Assembly: GCA_951406725.2 (NCBI GenBank)
Contig: OX597839.1
Location: forward strand, 16,864,001 to 16,928,000
Source of the DNA: Octopus vulgaris
Lineage: Eukaryota
Direction of reading: 5' to 3'
DNA length: 64,000 nt
The notes below the pieces were generated by a model that was not told the origin of the DNA, searched no databases, and saw only the letters and a program-made list of their open reading frames with translations. Positions 1 through 13,465 of this stretch are shown piece after piece. A program made the translations under genes and the position numbers. Every line of letters starts with the position of its first letter. Within the stretch, counting starts at the first letter, position 1.

Positions 1-343
1 ACACATGCACACAAACACACACATGCACACACATACTGAATTGCACACACATATACTCACAAACGTACACTCACACTTGAAACTTCTCACAGGCACATAT
101 ATGTATTTACAGACATAGATAACACAGCAACAAAGTCACCTCCTTGTCTCACTCTCTGTACAGAAGACAGAAGCTCAAATACCTACATGCATAGATGCAC
201 ACACGCACACACACACACACACACACTCACTCACTCACACACACACACACATATATATATATCCTCACATGTAAATATTTCTCACTACCAGACAGCAACA
301 AGAACAACAACAAAGCCACTGCCAATACCACCACCACAACAAA

Positions 344-374
<31 letters not shown>

Positions 375-626
375 TAGCTGACTTTTCAAGGATTGATTAA
401 TAATTGAATGTCTATAATATGGTTTCTGCAGCATCTTTGAAACTTTGGACAGGATCCAAATAATGGTCTCTTGGTCTCCTGATATATACATAAGTTTACT
501 CATATAAACACACACACACACAAACACACACATTATGAACATACAGACAAGCACACAAGCACAAGTACTAAATTACATCTGTATTTACATATTTATTATG
601 TACACATACACACATGCATGTATGTA

Positions 627-657
<31 letters not shown>

Positions 658-940
658 GTATGTATAGAGGGAGATAGATATGTATCTATCTATCTACCTC
701 TATAGATATATAGACAGATAGATAAATATGTTTATATGTATTCATACATACATGGGTGTATACACACACTCACACACATGTGTATATACATACACACACA
801 TATATGCATACTTATATATATATACACAAATACACATTTATATGTATGTATGAATGTATATAATATATTATATCTATATAATATATATACACATATATGT
901 ATATATAATATATATATGCATTATATATATATGTATATAA

Positions 941-972
<32 letters not shown>

Positions 973-1119
973 ATATATATATATATATATACATATATAT
1001 ATACACATATATATATATATAATATATATTATATATATAGATAATCTATATATATATAATATATGATATATATTTATGTCAATTCCAAAAAAGCATCCGT
1101 AAAGTAAAATTATGTAGCA

Positions 1120-1187
1120 ATACCAAATGGTGGTGCCCCAGCATGGCCACAGCTCATGAGCTGAAACTTGATCAAATCAAAATCAAT
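1120..1187 (+). mobile_element. Short 3' end of a CR1-group LINE or LINE-tailed SINE
   Basis: GGTGGTGCCCCAGCATGGCCACAGCTCATGAGCTGAAAC matches the 3' end of the LINE at 40307-40345. Confidence 0.6.
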
Positions 1188-1226
<39 letters not shown>

Positions 1227-1228
1227 AA

Positions 1229-1281
<53 letters not shown>

Positions 1282-1304
1282 ATAATAATAATAATAATAA
1301 TAAT

Positions 1305-1343
<39 letters not shown>

Positions 1344-1568
1344 CACACACACATGCACACACATATATATATATAATATATATATAAATATGTATATATA
1401 TACATATATGTACATATATATATAAATATGTATATATATATATATAAATATGTATAATACTAATATTAATAGTAATAATAATGATGATTAAAATAATAAT
1501 AATAATAATAAGAAGAACAACAACAACAATTATCGGACTGCATCAGGTCTGACATGTCATAGGTGAGC

Positions 1569-1615
<47 letters not shown>

Positions 1616-1914
1616 TATATATATATAATACAAGTAAGGAGATGAATGAATTTAGCCCAAATTTATTATTAGTAACAATTGTTTCAGTACCACTCCTTTT
1701 CTAAAGCCATTGCATGGTTCCATGTGAGAAGTCAGTCAATGCATATTTGTGGTTGATTTTATTTGTGTAGCACTTCATCATACTGACATAATTATATTGT
1801 GCAACAAACATACATCTTATATTGTCTATAAAGAGAAGTAAGACAAGAAGTATAAAATATGAATAAAAAATCGAGGAAGAAAATGGTTAACAATAAGACA
1901 ATAATAATAATGAT

Positions 1915-2127
1915 TCTTTCTTTTACAGGCTCTAGGCCTGAAATTTTGTTGAAGGGGTCTACTTGATTACATTGACTCCAGTACTTCACTGGTACTTATT
2001 TTATTTACCCTGAAAGGATGAGAAGCAAAGCGGGCCTCAGTAGAATTTGAATTTGGGACATAAAAGACTGATGAAATGCCACTATGCATTTTATCCAGTG
2101 TGCTAAAGATTCTGCCTGTTCACTGCC
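1915..2127 (-). mobile_element. tRNA-derived SINE (Meta/MESC-like core)
   Basis: Reverse complement aligns to the intact SINE at 45453-45696 (CATCCTTTC.GGG...ATAAGTACCAG core). Confidence 0.7.
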
Positions 2128-2278
2128 TTAATAATAGTAGTAGTAGTAGTAGTAGTAATAGGGAACAGCAAGGATCGTAAGAAAAGTCACCAATATCTTA
2201 GGAAACTGGTTGTAGCCCAGTATCCAGGACATTGATTTTGAAACATTCATACATACCATGAAAAATAACAACAATAAT

Positions 2279-2309
<31 letters not shown>

Positions 2310-2335
2310 TCACCATCATCATCATAATAATAATA

Positions 2336-2371
<36 letters not shown>

Positions 2372-3844
2372 ATTAACAATAATAATACTAATATTAATAG
2401 TAATGATAATGATGATAATAATAATAATAAGAAGAAGAACAACAACAATTATCGGACTGCATCAGGTCTGACATGTCATAGGTGAGCATGTATAAGATTG
2501 AGGAAATTAGAAAATGGCTTGAGAGCTACAGATAATAGTGGGCCTTAAACCTACATAATATAGCTTAATATAAAAATGTAGGAACTATGATACAATATAG
2601 TATGGTAGAGGAAAAAGGATCTAGTATAATCTGATGTAACATCCTGGGATTGAAAGCAATGAGAAAAATATATAAAGGTACATCTGAAAACATAAGTGTC
2701 CCAAGGTAGATATGAAATCAAACTATAAAACATTTTTTTATGTATAAAATAAAATTAAAAAAATATAGCATTATGGACACCAATGTTGAAATATGCTGAA
2801 ATATTGTAAATTAAAGCAAAAATTAAAAAAATATTAATGGTGCTGTAAAATATAAGAACCTTTTTGTGTTAAGTGAGACATTTTTTTCTTTGTAACAAGC
2901 TGCAGTGAAAAGCCTTGACAGGTTCAAACATCACTCAAGCATATTTCAATGAGTCTTAAGTTTGTATTCATTCTATCACTGTTTCATGCACCTTCTCATG
3001 AATATGTTCTGAGCTGACAGTCAAATATTGGTTGATTTATGATAAAGGAAGCAAAGTTTTTGTGTTGGCTCAGAGCTGCCTATCTTGGTATCATGTGCTG
3101 AAGATACTTTGAAAGGCATCCATCAGTCCAATAAAAAGTACTTTGAGCTGACGATGGTGTTCTCATATCAATTTATCTTAAGTGAGAATTTTTTCTCTCT
3201 AACAAACTGCTGTGGAAAGTCTTTACAGGTTCAGATATCTCTCAAAATATCTCTCAAACATATTTGAACTGGTCTAAGTTTGAATAAATATAAAATGTAA
3301 ACAATAAAGAATGCTATAGGACATAGGGAAACATAAGTAAACATAAAACATAATAAGAAAAATAGTAAAAAGACAATAGGGTAGGTTAGAAATGAAAGGT
3401 CCTGACAAAGTTTAAGTGGGGGAGTCAAGTGTAGCATAATGGAGGAAAAGGACAACAGAAAAAGAAGCAAATGGGAGAAAGAAATACAAAGACCTTACCT
3501 GTTGACCTAGGCAGAATCACTCACGAATTAAACACGTCTTGTCTCACTGCCGTCTCTGCTTGAACTGACCACACGTGCTTCCTGCCCACGCATGCCCTCT
3601 GCCTGTCTCACCGGCCCCTGCAATCCGTACTTCTGTCCACCTCATCTGCAGTCCCCTCCACCAACACCACATAGCTCCATTACAGCCCATAACACCACTA
3701 ACACCACATCATGATTTAAACAATTGGTGTTTAAAGTTTCAGATAATAGAACTTAAAGTAAAAGATTGTAAAGTAGACCTTGAAGAAAAGGAAAAGCCCA
3801 ACAAAAATAAGCTAATGAAAGTTTCTTAAAAATCCTGTTGAATT

Positions 3845-4219
3845 TAATGAACATCTTACCAAAATTTCATATTTGTTAATATTATCTCTAGTGTTTATGA
3901 TTTTGAGTGCTTCCATGAAGCACAAGTTGCATTCACCCCCTCTCCTCTTTTAAGGGAAAGCCCTTCACATCTCAGATCAAGACATTTTGTACAGGATTTC
4001 TTTCAGCTTCAAGTGCCATATTGGTTTAATCAGAGATGTCGATTTACTCTTATCTGGGTTCTTAAATGAATGGCCATGGTTATAAAATCTCTATCTGAAT
4101 GGAGATGATGTGGTTCTTGTATAATATTCTTTATTAATAGAAGCAGTGCCCTTATAAATTATGTTGTTACCAAGGCATTGGTTAGCTAGCAGACATTTAG
4201 AAGGGATGTTACAGTTACA
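3845..4219 (-). pseudogene. Decayed GIY-YIG endonuclease of a Penelope-like retroelement
   Basis: Manual single-frame translation with 4 stops: CNCNIPSKCLLANQCLGNNIIYKG..EYYTRTT..FR*RFYNHGHSF..STSLIKPIWHLK..AFP*..CNLCFME; motif order matches PLE GIY-YIG domains. Confidence 0.75.
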
Positions 4220-4549
4220 TAGATTGGGTGGAATTGGGCAGATTTATTGGACAAAGTTTTATTACATGACCTTGATCCTACCAAAGTTCCACGATCACTT
4301 AACGGGAATCTAATCTAAATTTCATTGTAAATTATTTTCAAAATGAAGTGTAATAAGTGATACATTTAATGTGATTTTGATTCACTCCTCGGATGGTAGC
4401 TTCAGAAAATATCCATAATGAATATTTCACATCCAATATTATGATCAAAATATCCTTCCAAGGGCTGATGGGTGCAAGAGCACTCGAATGAATTCTCTTT
4501 GTCTCACTATTCTTTGTAAATGAAATATCAGATCATTAAATATACATAT

Positions 4550-4600
<51 letters not shown>

Positions 4601-5133
4601 CTATACACACGCACACACATAAAAACCAGCTATTGAATTTACAAATCTGAGAATAAGGACTTAACACATGCAGCAAATTTCATTCATTTGTTCATTATTT
4701 AGAGCAAATGTTCTCCATTATTGCTACTCTGAGCACTAATAAAAGAGGGAAGCTTCACTGGTTTGAATAAATAAATGAATAAGAGGGTGGGCATGTACAC
4801 ACATACACACTCACTTGCATGAACATACACATATACAACATACACACATTGCTAGCTAGTATTAAGGTAAGATAATTGCTGTGCTGATGATGCCCATTGA
4901 GTCAGAAACACATGTCGACTAGCCTTAAGTAGAAAAAGAAAAAAAAAAGAGCAGTGTCTTTTGATTCTTTATGATTAGCTCCCTTTATTATTTAGAACCT
5001 GTTACAATTGCTGCTATATGTTTAATTGCCTTCTCTCAAAGTGAAGATAATTCCACGAAGAAGAAATGAGGGAGAAAAAAAAAAGAAGAAGAAGCGGAGG
5101 AGCAGCAGATTGATGATGATGATGATGATGATT

Positions 5134-5343
5134 GTTTTTACTATATGCACAAGGCCTGAAATTTGGGGGAGGGGTATAGTTGATTACATCGACCCCTGTA
5201 CTCAACTGGTACTTAATTTCATCCAAAAGGATGAAAGGCAAAGTTGACCTCAGTGGAATTTGAACTCAGAATGTAAAGATAGATGCAATGCTGTTAAGCA
5301 TTTTGCCCTGCATACTAATAATTATGCTAGCTTGCTGCCTTGC

Positions 5344-5345
<2 letters not shown>
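5134..5345 (-). mobile_element. tRNA-derived SINE (Meta/MESC-like core)
   Basis: Homologous to 45453-45696; B-box-like GAGTTCAAATTCC on the minus strand. Confidence 0.75.
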
Positions 5346-5377
<32 letters not shown>

Positions 5378-5582
5378 TGATGATAGTACTAATACTACTA
5401 ATAATAATGCAAGACGGGAGTACTACTAGGCACCGCACACATCCCATGTAAAACACTTTCAATACAGTGAAAATAAGAGCACCACAACAAACCATAGCAC
5501 GTACCCAAGGTACACAGAGCTGTGCTCAGTAGTATAGTGATAAAAATAAGACTACTGAATAATAATAATAACAATAATGATA

Positions 5583-5765
5583 ATGCTTTCAAATTTTGGC
5601 ACAAGGCTAGTAATTTCAGGGAGGTGGGGAAGTCAATTACATCAACCCCAGTGTTCAATTGGTACTTAATTTGTCGACTCCGAAAGATGAAAGGTAAAGT
5701 TGGCTTTGGCGGAATTTAAACTGAGAATGTAGCAATGTTTGCTAATGATTCTGCCAGCTCACCAT
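5583..5765 (-). mobile_element. tRNA-derived SINE (Meta/MESC-like core)
   Basis: Homologous to 5134-5345 and 45453-45696. Confidence 0.7.
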
Positions 5766-5789
5766 TAATATAGGTTGTCATTAACTTAC

Positions 5790-6430
5790 ATAATAATAAT
5801 AATAATGAAATTATTGTATACAGTGCTCAGGTGCACCACAACTTGTCAAAAGTGCGTATAAAGCATATGCAGTAATGTACAAATGTCTGGAATGTGAACA
5901 GTGTATGAGTCAGATACATGTTTGCATGTGTATGGAGGGGAGAAAATCAGGTGTAGTGTTGGCGAATCTCAAGAAGCATGGAAGTTTTGAAAGATGCAAT
6001 GCTCCGACAACTAGCAACTGATGCCGGCAGTTTGTTCCATGCTTCATCAACTCTTAGCGTGAAAAAATGTTTCCGAAAGTCATGGGAGCTGTGCTGTTTT
6101 CTGACTTTGTAAACATGTCCACGGGTGTTAGACAGGTGGAGTTTGAAAAGGTGCTTAGAGTTATTGTTTGTAAGATGGTTAATAATTTTATGGGTGTCTG
6201 CCAAGTCAGCTGCCAGACGTCGGAGTTTCAATGTATCCATGCCCAGGGAAGTAAGGTGTTCAGAATATGGCAAATGCCTGATGGAGGGTATTCTCTTGGT
6301 TGCACGTCGCAGAATGGTTTCTAGACGATTAATATCCTGGGCAAGATAGGGGTTCCAGACCGGTGATGCAAATTCCAGGCGAGGTCGCACCATAGCTATA
6401 TAAAGCTGCAGGTAGATAGCAGGAGACACC
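5790..6430 (-). mobile_element. 5'-truncated CR1-group LINE (ORF2 C-terminus, 3' UTR, (ATT)n tail)
   Basis: ORF 5947-6510 contains LYIAMVRPRLEFASPVWNPY, LRR...D, TRGH and FFTLRV..WNKLP, typical of CR1 ORF2 C-termini; tail is a microsatellite. Confidence 0.9.
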
Positions 6431-7989
6431 TTCAGCATTCTTGGCAATTTTAGCAATGTGTTTTGTCCAACGCAAATTGCTGTGGACAATAATGTCGAGG
6501 TCACGTTCACAAGAAGACTTTTTAAGATTAGTGTTGTGGAGGGAATGACCTATCCAACTTACAACCGATCGACTTTACGATGACTGGCACACTAGCTCCT
6601 GGCAGCAATAATATATAGTCCAGTTGTAATCTAATGGGTTTAATTTCTTATAAATTAACCTGTCCTACAGATGACACCAGCTAACAAACGCTTACTCTAG
6701 GTTTGGTTTTCAGTCACTACTGTGGTTATCCCAAGTGCTGGATAAATATCCTGTCATGGAGACATTGAGGTAACCTCGAATTTGTTTATTATTTGTTTGT
6801 AGTATAATGCAGAATGCTGTATGTGACTTTTACCTGAGAATGTACCTTAAGAATGTAAAAATATAAAACAAAGCTATGCAACCAAACCAACTTATGACTA
6901 GTTAATTGGAACCAATTGTGGTCGTAAGTCAACGATGACCTGTAATAATAACAATAGTTGACCTTAGTATTTGACTAATATGATACTTTTTCATTGACCC
7001 TGGAAAGAGGAATGGCAAATTTGAACTCCAAATGCGAATATTTGAGCACATACTGCAAAGAATTTGGCTCAATGGACTAGCTTTGTGGCCAATCTGACCA
7101 CATACACTCACACACACTCACAAATGTACTTGTATGCATTTGTGTATGTGAGTATGTGCATGTTTATGTACTTGTGTGTGTGTGTGTATGTATGTATGTA
7201 TGCATGTATGAATCTAGGTGTATATGTATGTGCATTTGTGGAGAAGTGTGTATGTGTGTGAATATATATGTATGTGTGTTATATGTATACCAGCATGTGT
7301 GAATGTATATATGTGTGTGTGTTTGATTGTGTATATGCATGTATATGTATACAAATACATATATGTGTGTAATTGTGTGTGTGTGTGTAAATGTATATAA
7401 ACGTACATCTGTATATACATAGTCATTCGCTCTCAGAGAAAAACACACACAAACATATATGCACATATACTCAGACATACATACACATACCCATATGCCT
7501 AGCAAAGCACACACACACACATATCAGAGAATAACTCTCATACACACACCTACACACTTTCCCACTCTCTCTACCGCTCTTTCTCTCTCCCTCTCTCTCT
7601 CTTTTCCTTTACCTCCCACTAACCCTCTCACAGTGTCTCTGTAAAAGCCATAAATTTATTTTTTCTTCCTTCTCAGAAAGAGAGAGAGAGAGAGAGAGAA
7701 GTACTCTCCTGGAGACTGTCTATTTTTATGTCTCTACTCCCTTCCTCCTCCTTCCACCACTGCCTTTCTCTCTCCCCCTCTCATTGTTCTCCTCCCTCCC
7801 ACCATCTCAAACTAGCCAATCAAAGTTATGACAGCAGCCAAATGACCCCAAGTGACCCACAACCTGACCATTTTTATTATTCATCACACTTTTTCCTCTT
7901 ACCACCACTTTTATCACCTCCTCCCTATATACATAAACATACGTACTTATATGTTCATATACATATGTACATATTGCACATCCATAAAT

Positions 7990-8019
7990 ACACAGGGATA
8001 TATACAAATACACTCATAC

Positions 8020-8088
<69 letters not shown>

Positions 8089-8155
8089 ATATATATGTAT
8101 GTATGTGTATGTATATATATATATATATATGTATATATATGTATGTATGTGTATG

Positions 8156-8197
<42 letters not shown>

Positions 8198-8209
8198 TGT
8201 ATGTGTATG

Positions 8210-8252
<43 letters not shown>

Positions 8253-8263
8253 GTATGTATGTG

Positions 8264-8304
<41 letters not shown>

Positions 8305-8319
8305 GTATGTATGTGTATG

Positions 8320-8354
<35 letters not shown>

Positions 8355-9180
8355 GTATGTACATATATATATATATATTATATATGTATGTATGTGTATG
8401 TACATATATATATATATATGTATGTATGTGTATGTACATATATATATATATATGTATGTATGTGTATGTACATATATATATATATATGTATGTATGTGTA
8501 TGTACATATATATATATATATGTATGTATGTGTATGTACATATATATATATATATATATGTATGTATGTGTATGTACATATATATATATATATGTATGTA
8601 TGTGTATGTACATATATATATATATGTATGTATGTGTATGTACATATATATATATATATGTATGTATGTGTATGTACATATATATATATATATATATGTA
8701 TGTATGTGTATGTACATATATATATATATGTATGTGTATGTACATATATATATATATATATGTATGTATGTGTATGTACATATATATATATATATTATAT
8801 ATGTATGTGTATGTACATATATATATATGTATATATATGTATGTATATATATATATATACATATATATGTATGTATGTGTATGTACATATATATATGTAT
8901 ATATATGTATGTATGTATATATATATATACATATATATGTATATATATGTATGTATGTATATATATATATACATATATATATGTATGTATGTGTATGTAC
9001 ATATATATATATGTATATATGTATGTATATGTACATATATATATATGTATATATATATGTATATATATGTATATATATATGTATATGTATATATATATAT
9101 GTATATTATGTGTATGTATATATATATATGTATATTATATATATGTATATATGTGTATATATATATATATATGTATGTGC
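7990..9180. repeat. Compound (TA)n/(TATG)n microsatellite with TGTATGTATGTGTATGTACA(TA)n higher-order unit
   Basis: Directly visible. Confidence 0.95.
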
Positions 9181-10089
9181 ACATTACACATTTATGAACA
9201 TACATTTATAGACACATATAGCTACACACTTACACATACACTCATATATGCATTTACACGCATATGCACACATCACGAAGCACACACACAGTATCATGTG
9301 AACACATGCACACATATACACACATACAAACACATCTATGGACATAGCTCCACCCTTGCTAACTGCAAGGGCTCTCTCTCTCCCTCACCACCACCACCAC
9401 CACCATCGCCACCACCACTTTCACTATAACCACTACCACAACCACTATGGACACCACAACCATCACAACCCCGCCCTCACAACTACTACCATCCTTCTAT
9501 TAAAATCCCTTCACCCCTTAACCATCACCATCGTTACTATGACTACCACTACTGTTGCTACAACAGTACCACTACAACCATTTCTTTCACCAGCATCAAC
9601 CCAACCATGACCTCTACCACCACTAACTACTATCATTATCACCATCATCACCACCATCAAGAGCGATACCATCACCAGTACCACCACGATCATTAATACC
9701 ATCACCATCACTACCATCAGCCTTGCCACCATCTCTACCATCACCACCACCACCACCACCCACTACCATTACAACATTAGCATTGTTACCACCGCTATAG
9801 TCATAACTACAACTAATATGCCTCCTCTGCTCATCATCCCCATTATGTCTACCTTCCATCCAGGTTTCATACCAAACCCTGCCCAGTTGTTTTCCTCTTT
9901 TCCTTGGAATCTGATCCCTCTGGAATTTTATTCCCACATGGCACATGTTTCCCCCACCCCCCATTCAGGTCATTGACATAACAACCATTCAAAAGAAACA
10001 TTATCCCTATCGATCTTACTTACCAGTCTTGGAAGGCCAGCAACAGCCATGGACACTTCACCTTATTCCCCACACCAAACCAATTATAA

Positions 10090-11015
10090 TAGTTACAGAT
10101 TTTGGCTCAAGACCAGCACTTTTTTTTTTAAGGAAGAGACTAAGTTGACTACGTCGACCCCTGGTACTTACTTTACCAACCCTGAATGGTTTCAAATTTT
10201 GGTAAGGGTTGAGCAATTTTTAAGGGAGTGATGGTAAGCCAATTGCATTGACTCCAATATTCAACTGGTACTTATTTTATTGACCCAGAATGGTTTCAGA
10301 TTTTGGTAAGGGACGAGCAATTTTTTAAGGGAGTTATGGTAAACCAATTGCATTGACCCCAGTGTTCAACTGGTACTTATTTTATTGACCCCCAAATGGT
10401 TTCAGATTTTAGTACAAACCAACAATTTTTTAAAGAAGGGATTAAATCAGTTACATTGATTGATACTTATTTTACTGATCCCCTAAATGTTTCAAATTTT
10501 GATAAGGGGCTAACAATTTTTTAAGGGAACCCCAGTTCTCAACTGATTCTTACTTTATCACCCTCAAATGGTTTCAAATTATGGCAAGAGGTCAATAATT
10601 TTTTAAGGAAGGGACTAGATGAATTCCTTCAACCCCAGTGTTCAACTAGTACATATATTACTGACTCCAATTTTTTAAGGGAGAGACCATAAGTCAGTTA
10701 CATTGACCAAAGTGTTCAACTGGTACTTATTTTATTGACCCCCAAATGATTTCAAATTTTGACAAGGGGCCAATAATTTTTAAAAGGAGAGATAATAAAT
10801 AAATTGATTCAGCTCTAGTGTTCAACTGGTATTTACTTTATCAACCCTGAATAGTTTCAGATTTTCGCAAGATGCCAGTAATTTTTTAAGGGAGAGACCA
10901 TTAGTCAAACTACATTTGACCCTAGTGTTCAACTGGTATTTATTTATTAAAATTTTAGCAAGGATCCAATAAGTTTTAAAGGAGAGACAGTAAGCCAATT
11001 ACATCAACCCCAGTT
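10090..11015 (-). repeat. Tandem array of about 9 diverged ~80-105 bp units derived from the SINE 3' half
   Basis: ATGGTTTCA(A/G)ATTTT...CAACTGGTACTTATTTTATTGACC recurs at about 10186, 10290, 10396, 10486, 10568, 10746 and 10851; unit matches SINE 5586-5680. Confidence 0.85.
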
Positions 11016-11021
11016 GTAATT

Positions 11022-11054
<33 letters not shown>

Positions 11055-11514
11055 ACAGTGGTGGTGGTATTTGTAGTAATGGCGGAAGCAGTGGTAGTAA
11101 TTGTTGTGGTAGTATTGGTACTAATTATAATGGTGATGGTGATGGTGGCAGTGTAGTAATAGTAGTAGTAGCAGCAGTAGTTTGTACCAATTGCTGACCA
11201 TCACAGTTGGACAATCAATGAAACTAAGTGCTTGTGACTCAAACTAGCTTTCCATTCAGAAATGTTGGAATCTTATAATCCAGCACAGCAGCACCTCATC
11301 TTAGCTGACTCTGATCATAATGTCTGTTAATTTAGGATTGACCTGAGGAAGTGTGAGAAGACAGGAAAAGCAACAACAACAACATCAATAACAAAAAGAA
11401 AAAAAATCACTAACCACAGAAGGAATTTATTAAACCGTTAAAGATACAAGACAAATCTCTCTCAAATTGTACCATACCATCTGAAATAAACGATACATTA
11501 TAAAGTACAGTCCT

Positions 11515-11780
11515 ACTCTCCTCCTCTTCCACTTCCTCCTCCTTTGCTGCTATCTCCTCCTCTTCTTCCACCACCTTCTCTTCTTCCACCACCTCTTCTT
11601 TCACCACCTCCTCTTCTTCCACCACCTTCTCTTCTTCCACCACCACCTCTTCTTTCACCACCTCCTCTTCTTCCACCACCTCCACTTCTTCCACCACCTT
11701 CTCTTCTTCCACCACCTCCTCTTCTTCCACCACATCCTCTTCCTCCACCACCACCTCTTCTTCCACCACCTCCTCTCCCA
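11515..11780. repeat. Pyrimidine-rich ~18-bp minisatellite (TCTTCTTCCACCACC-type)
   Basis: Directly visible; produces E/V, P/L and G/R repeat ORFs. Confidence 0.9.
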
Positions 11781-12819
11781 GCGCCATTTCCTCGAACACC
11801 ATCACCTCTCATCTTGCTCTTTCTCTTCCTCCTCATCATTGTCCTCATTATCATCACTGTAATGTCTATGTTTTCATGCTTGCATGGGTCAGACTGGAGT
11901 ATGCTGGAGCAGAATTGTTTTCCTATGGCCCTTCCTGCCCATGTTTCCAAGTGAGGTAGTGATTTAGCTTATCAAACAATAAACAACCTGGACATGTTTA
12001 CCTGGAGAACTGGAAACAAAAAACACCATATATATGAGCCTTTTGTCTACAAAGGTTGCACAGTGTATGTCCAAGGAGCTTTTTGATGTTTTGACATGCT
12101 GAGAAACCTCGTGGACATACTTTCATGGTGGACTGCAAGCAAATCTGACATTGTCCAACACTATCAGCAGGGAGTAGATGTTAAGACATGTCAAAACGCC
12201 AGGTCAACATACTTTTGCTGTTGACTGCAAACAAATGACACCGTCCAATACCGTCAGCAGGTGGAAGTTAAGACATGTCATGAAGCCCAATGGACATACT
12301 TTTAGGTGAACTTTCAGCAGGGAGTGGGCATCATTATTTATAACTAGAGAACACATGTGACAACAAAGGAACCAACAGAGATATGATCAAAGAAGATCTA
12401 ATTGAGACAGCCTTTTAATTTGTGGCATAGTGCATCTAGGACAACACTATCCCATGGATTCTTCTTTAGGGTTGTTGCTGTTTAACCCCAGGACAACCTT
12501 CTTTTGATAGACCTATGAGGCTAGAAATTTCAGTTTAACTATTTTTTTCAGACTGAGTGTATCTAGGGTTACATTATCCAACATTTCCTTCCTAATTCAT
12601 CTTTTATTTTCAAACATAGCATATCCACTACATTATCCAGTGTGCCCTTCTTTGTCACTGTTTAGCCCCCAGGAAAGACTGACCTTACAGACATATGATC
12701 AGACATGATCCTCCTAAGAGAATACCATCTTAAGTCTTTTAGATACAGGATATCCAGGACTACATTACTCAATACTTTATCCTTTTCTAAAGACAGTAAG
12801 GTGGGAAATTTGTCAACAT

Positions 12820-12980
12820 AGGCATGGGCATGGACACATCGCTAAGAAGCTTGCTCTGCAACCGCATGGCTTCAGGTTCAGTCCATTTGCATGCACCTTG
12901 CGCAAGTGTCTACTATAGCCCTAGGTCAATGCCTTGTTAGTGAATTTGGTAAATGGGACCTGTGTGAAAACCTGTTGCAT
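12820..12980 (+). mobile_element. tRNA-derived CORE-type SINE, 5' part
   Basis: GGTTCAGTCC B-box-like motif followed by CACCTTG.GCAAGTGTC..CTATAGCC core. Confidence 0.65.
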
Positions 12981-13001
12981 ATATGTGTGTGTGTATATAT
13001 A

Positions 13002-13092
<91 letters not shown>

Positions 13093-13279
13093 CTTTTTTA
13101 CTTGTTTCAGTCATTTGACTGTGGCCATGCTGGAGCACCACCTTTAGTCGAGCAAATCGACCCCAGGACTTATTCTTTGTAAGCATAGTACTTATTCTAT
13201 TGGTCTCTTTTGCCGAACCGCTAAGTTATGGGGACATAAACACACCAGCATCGGTTGTCATGCGATGTTGGGTGGACAA

Positions 13280-13313
<34 letters not shown>

Positions 13314-13465
13314 GACGGGCTTCTTTCAGTTTCCATCTACCAAATCCACTCACAAGTCTTTGGTCAGCCCAAGGCTATAATAGAAGACACTTGCCCAAGG
13401 TGCCACGCAGTGGGACTGAACTCGGAACCATGTGGTTCATAAGCAAGCTACTTACCACACAGCCA
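13093..13465 (-). mobile_element. Near full-length tRNA-derived CORE-type SINE with LINE-like tail
   Basis: Minus strand reads TGGCTGTGTGGTAAG (A box), GAGTTCAGTCCC (B box), CACCTTGGGCAAGT core, internal (TG)n, and 3' GGTGGTGCTCCAGCATGGCC. Confidence 0.85.

Noticed and set aside
3494-3720. GC-richer segment ending in a perfect minus-strand donor site CAG|GTAAG
   Set aside because: All three minus frames contain stops and no acceptor was found; a non-coding exon cannot be excluded without RNA data
11410-11954. Glu/Val-rich, Gly/Arg-rich and Pro/Leu-rich ORFs
   Set aside because: Open on both strands because of a minisatellite; no splice or domain evidence
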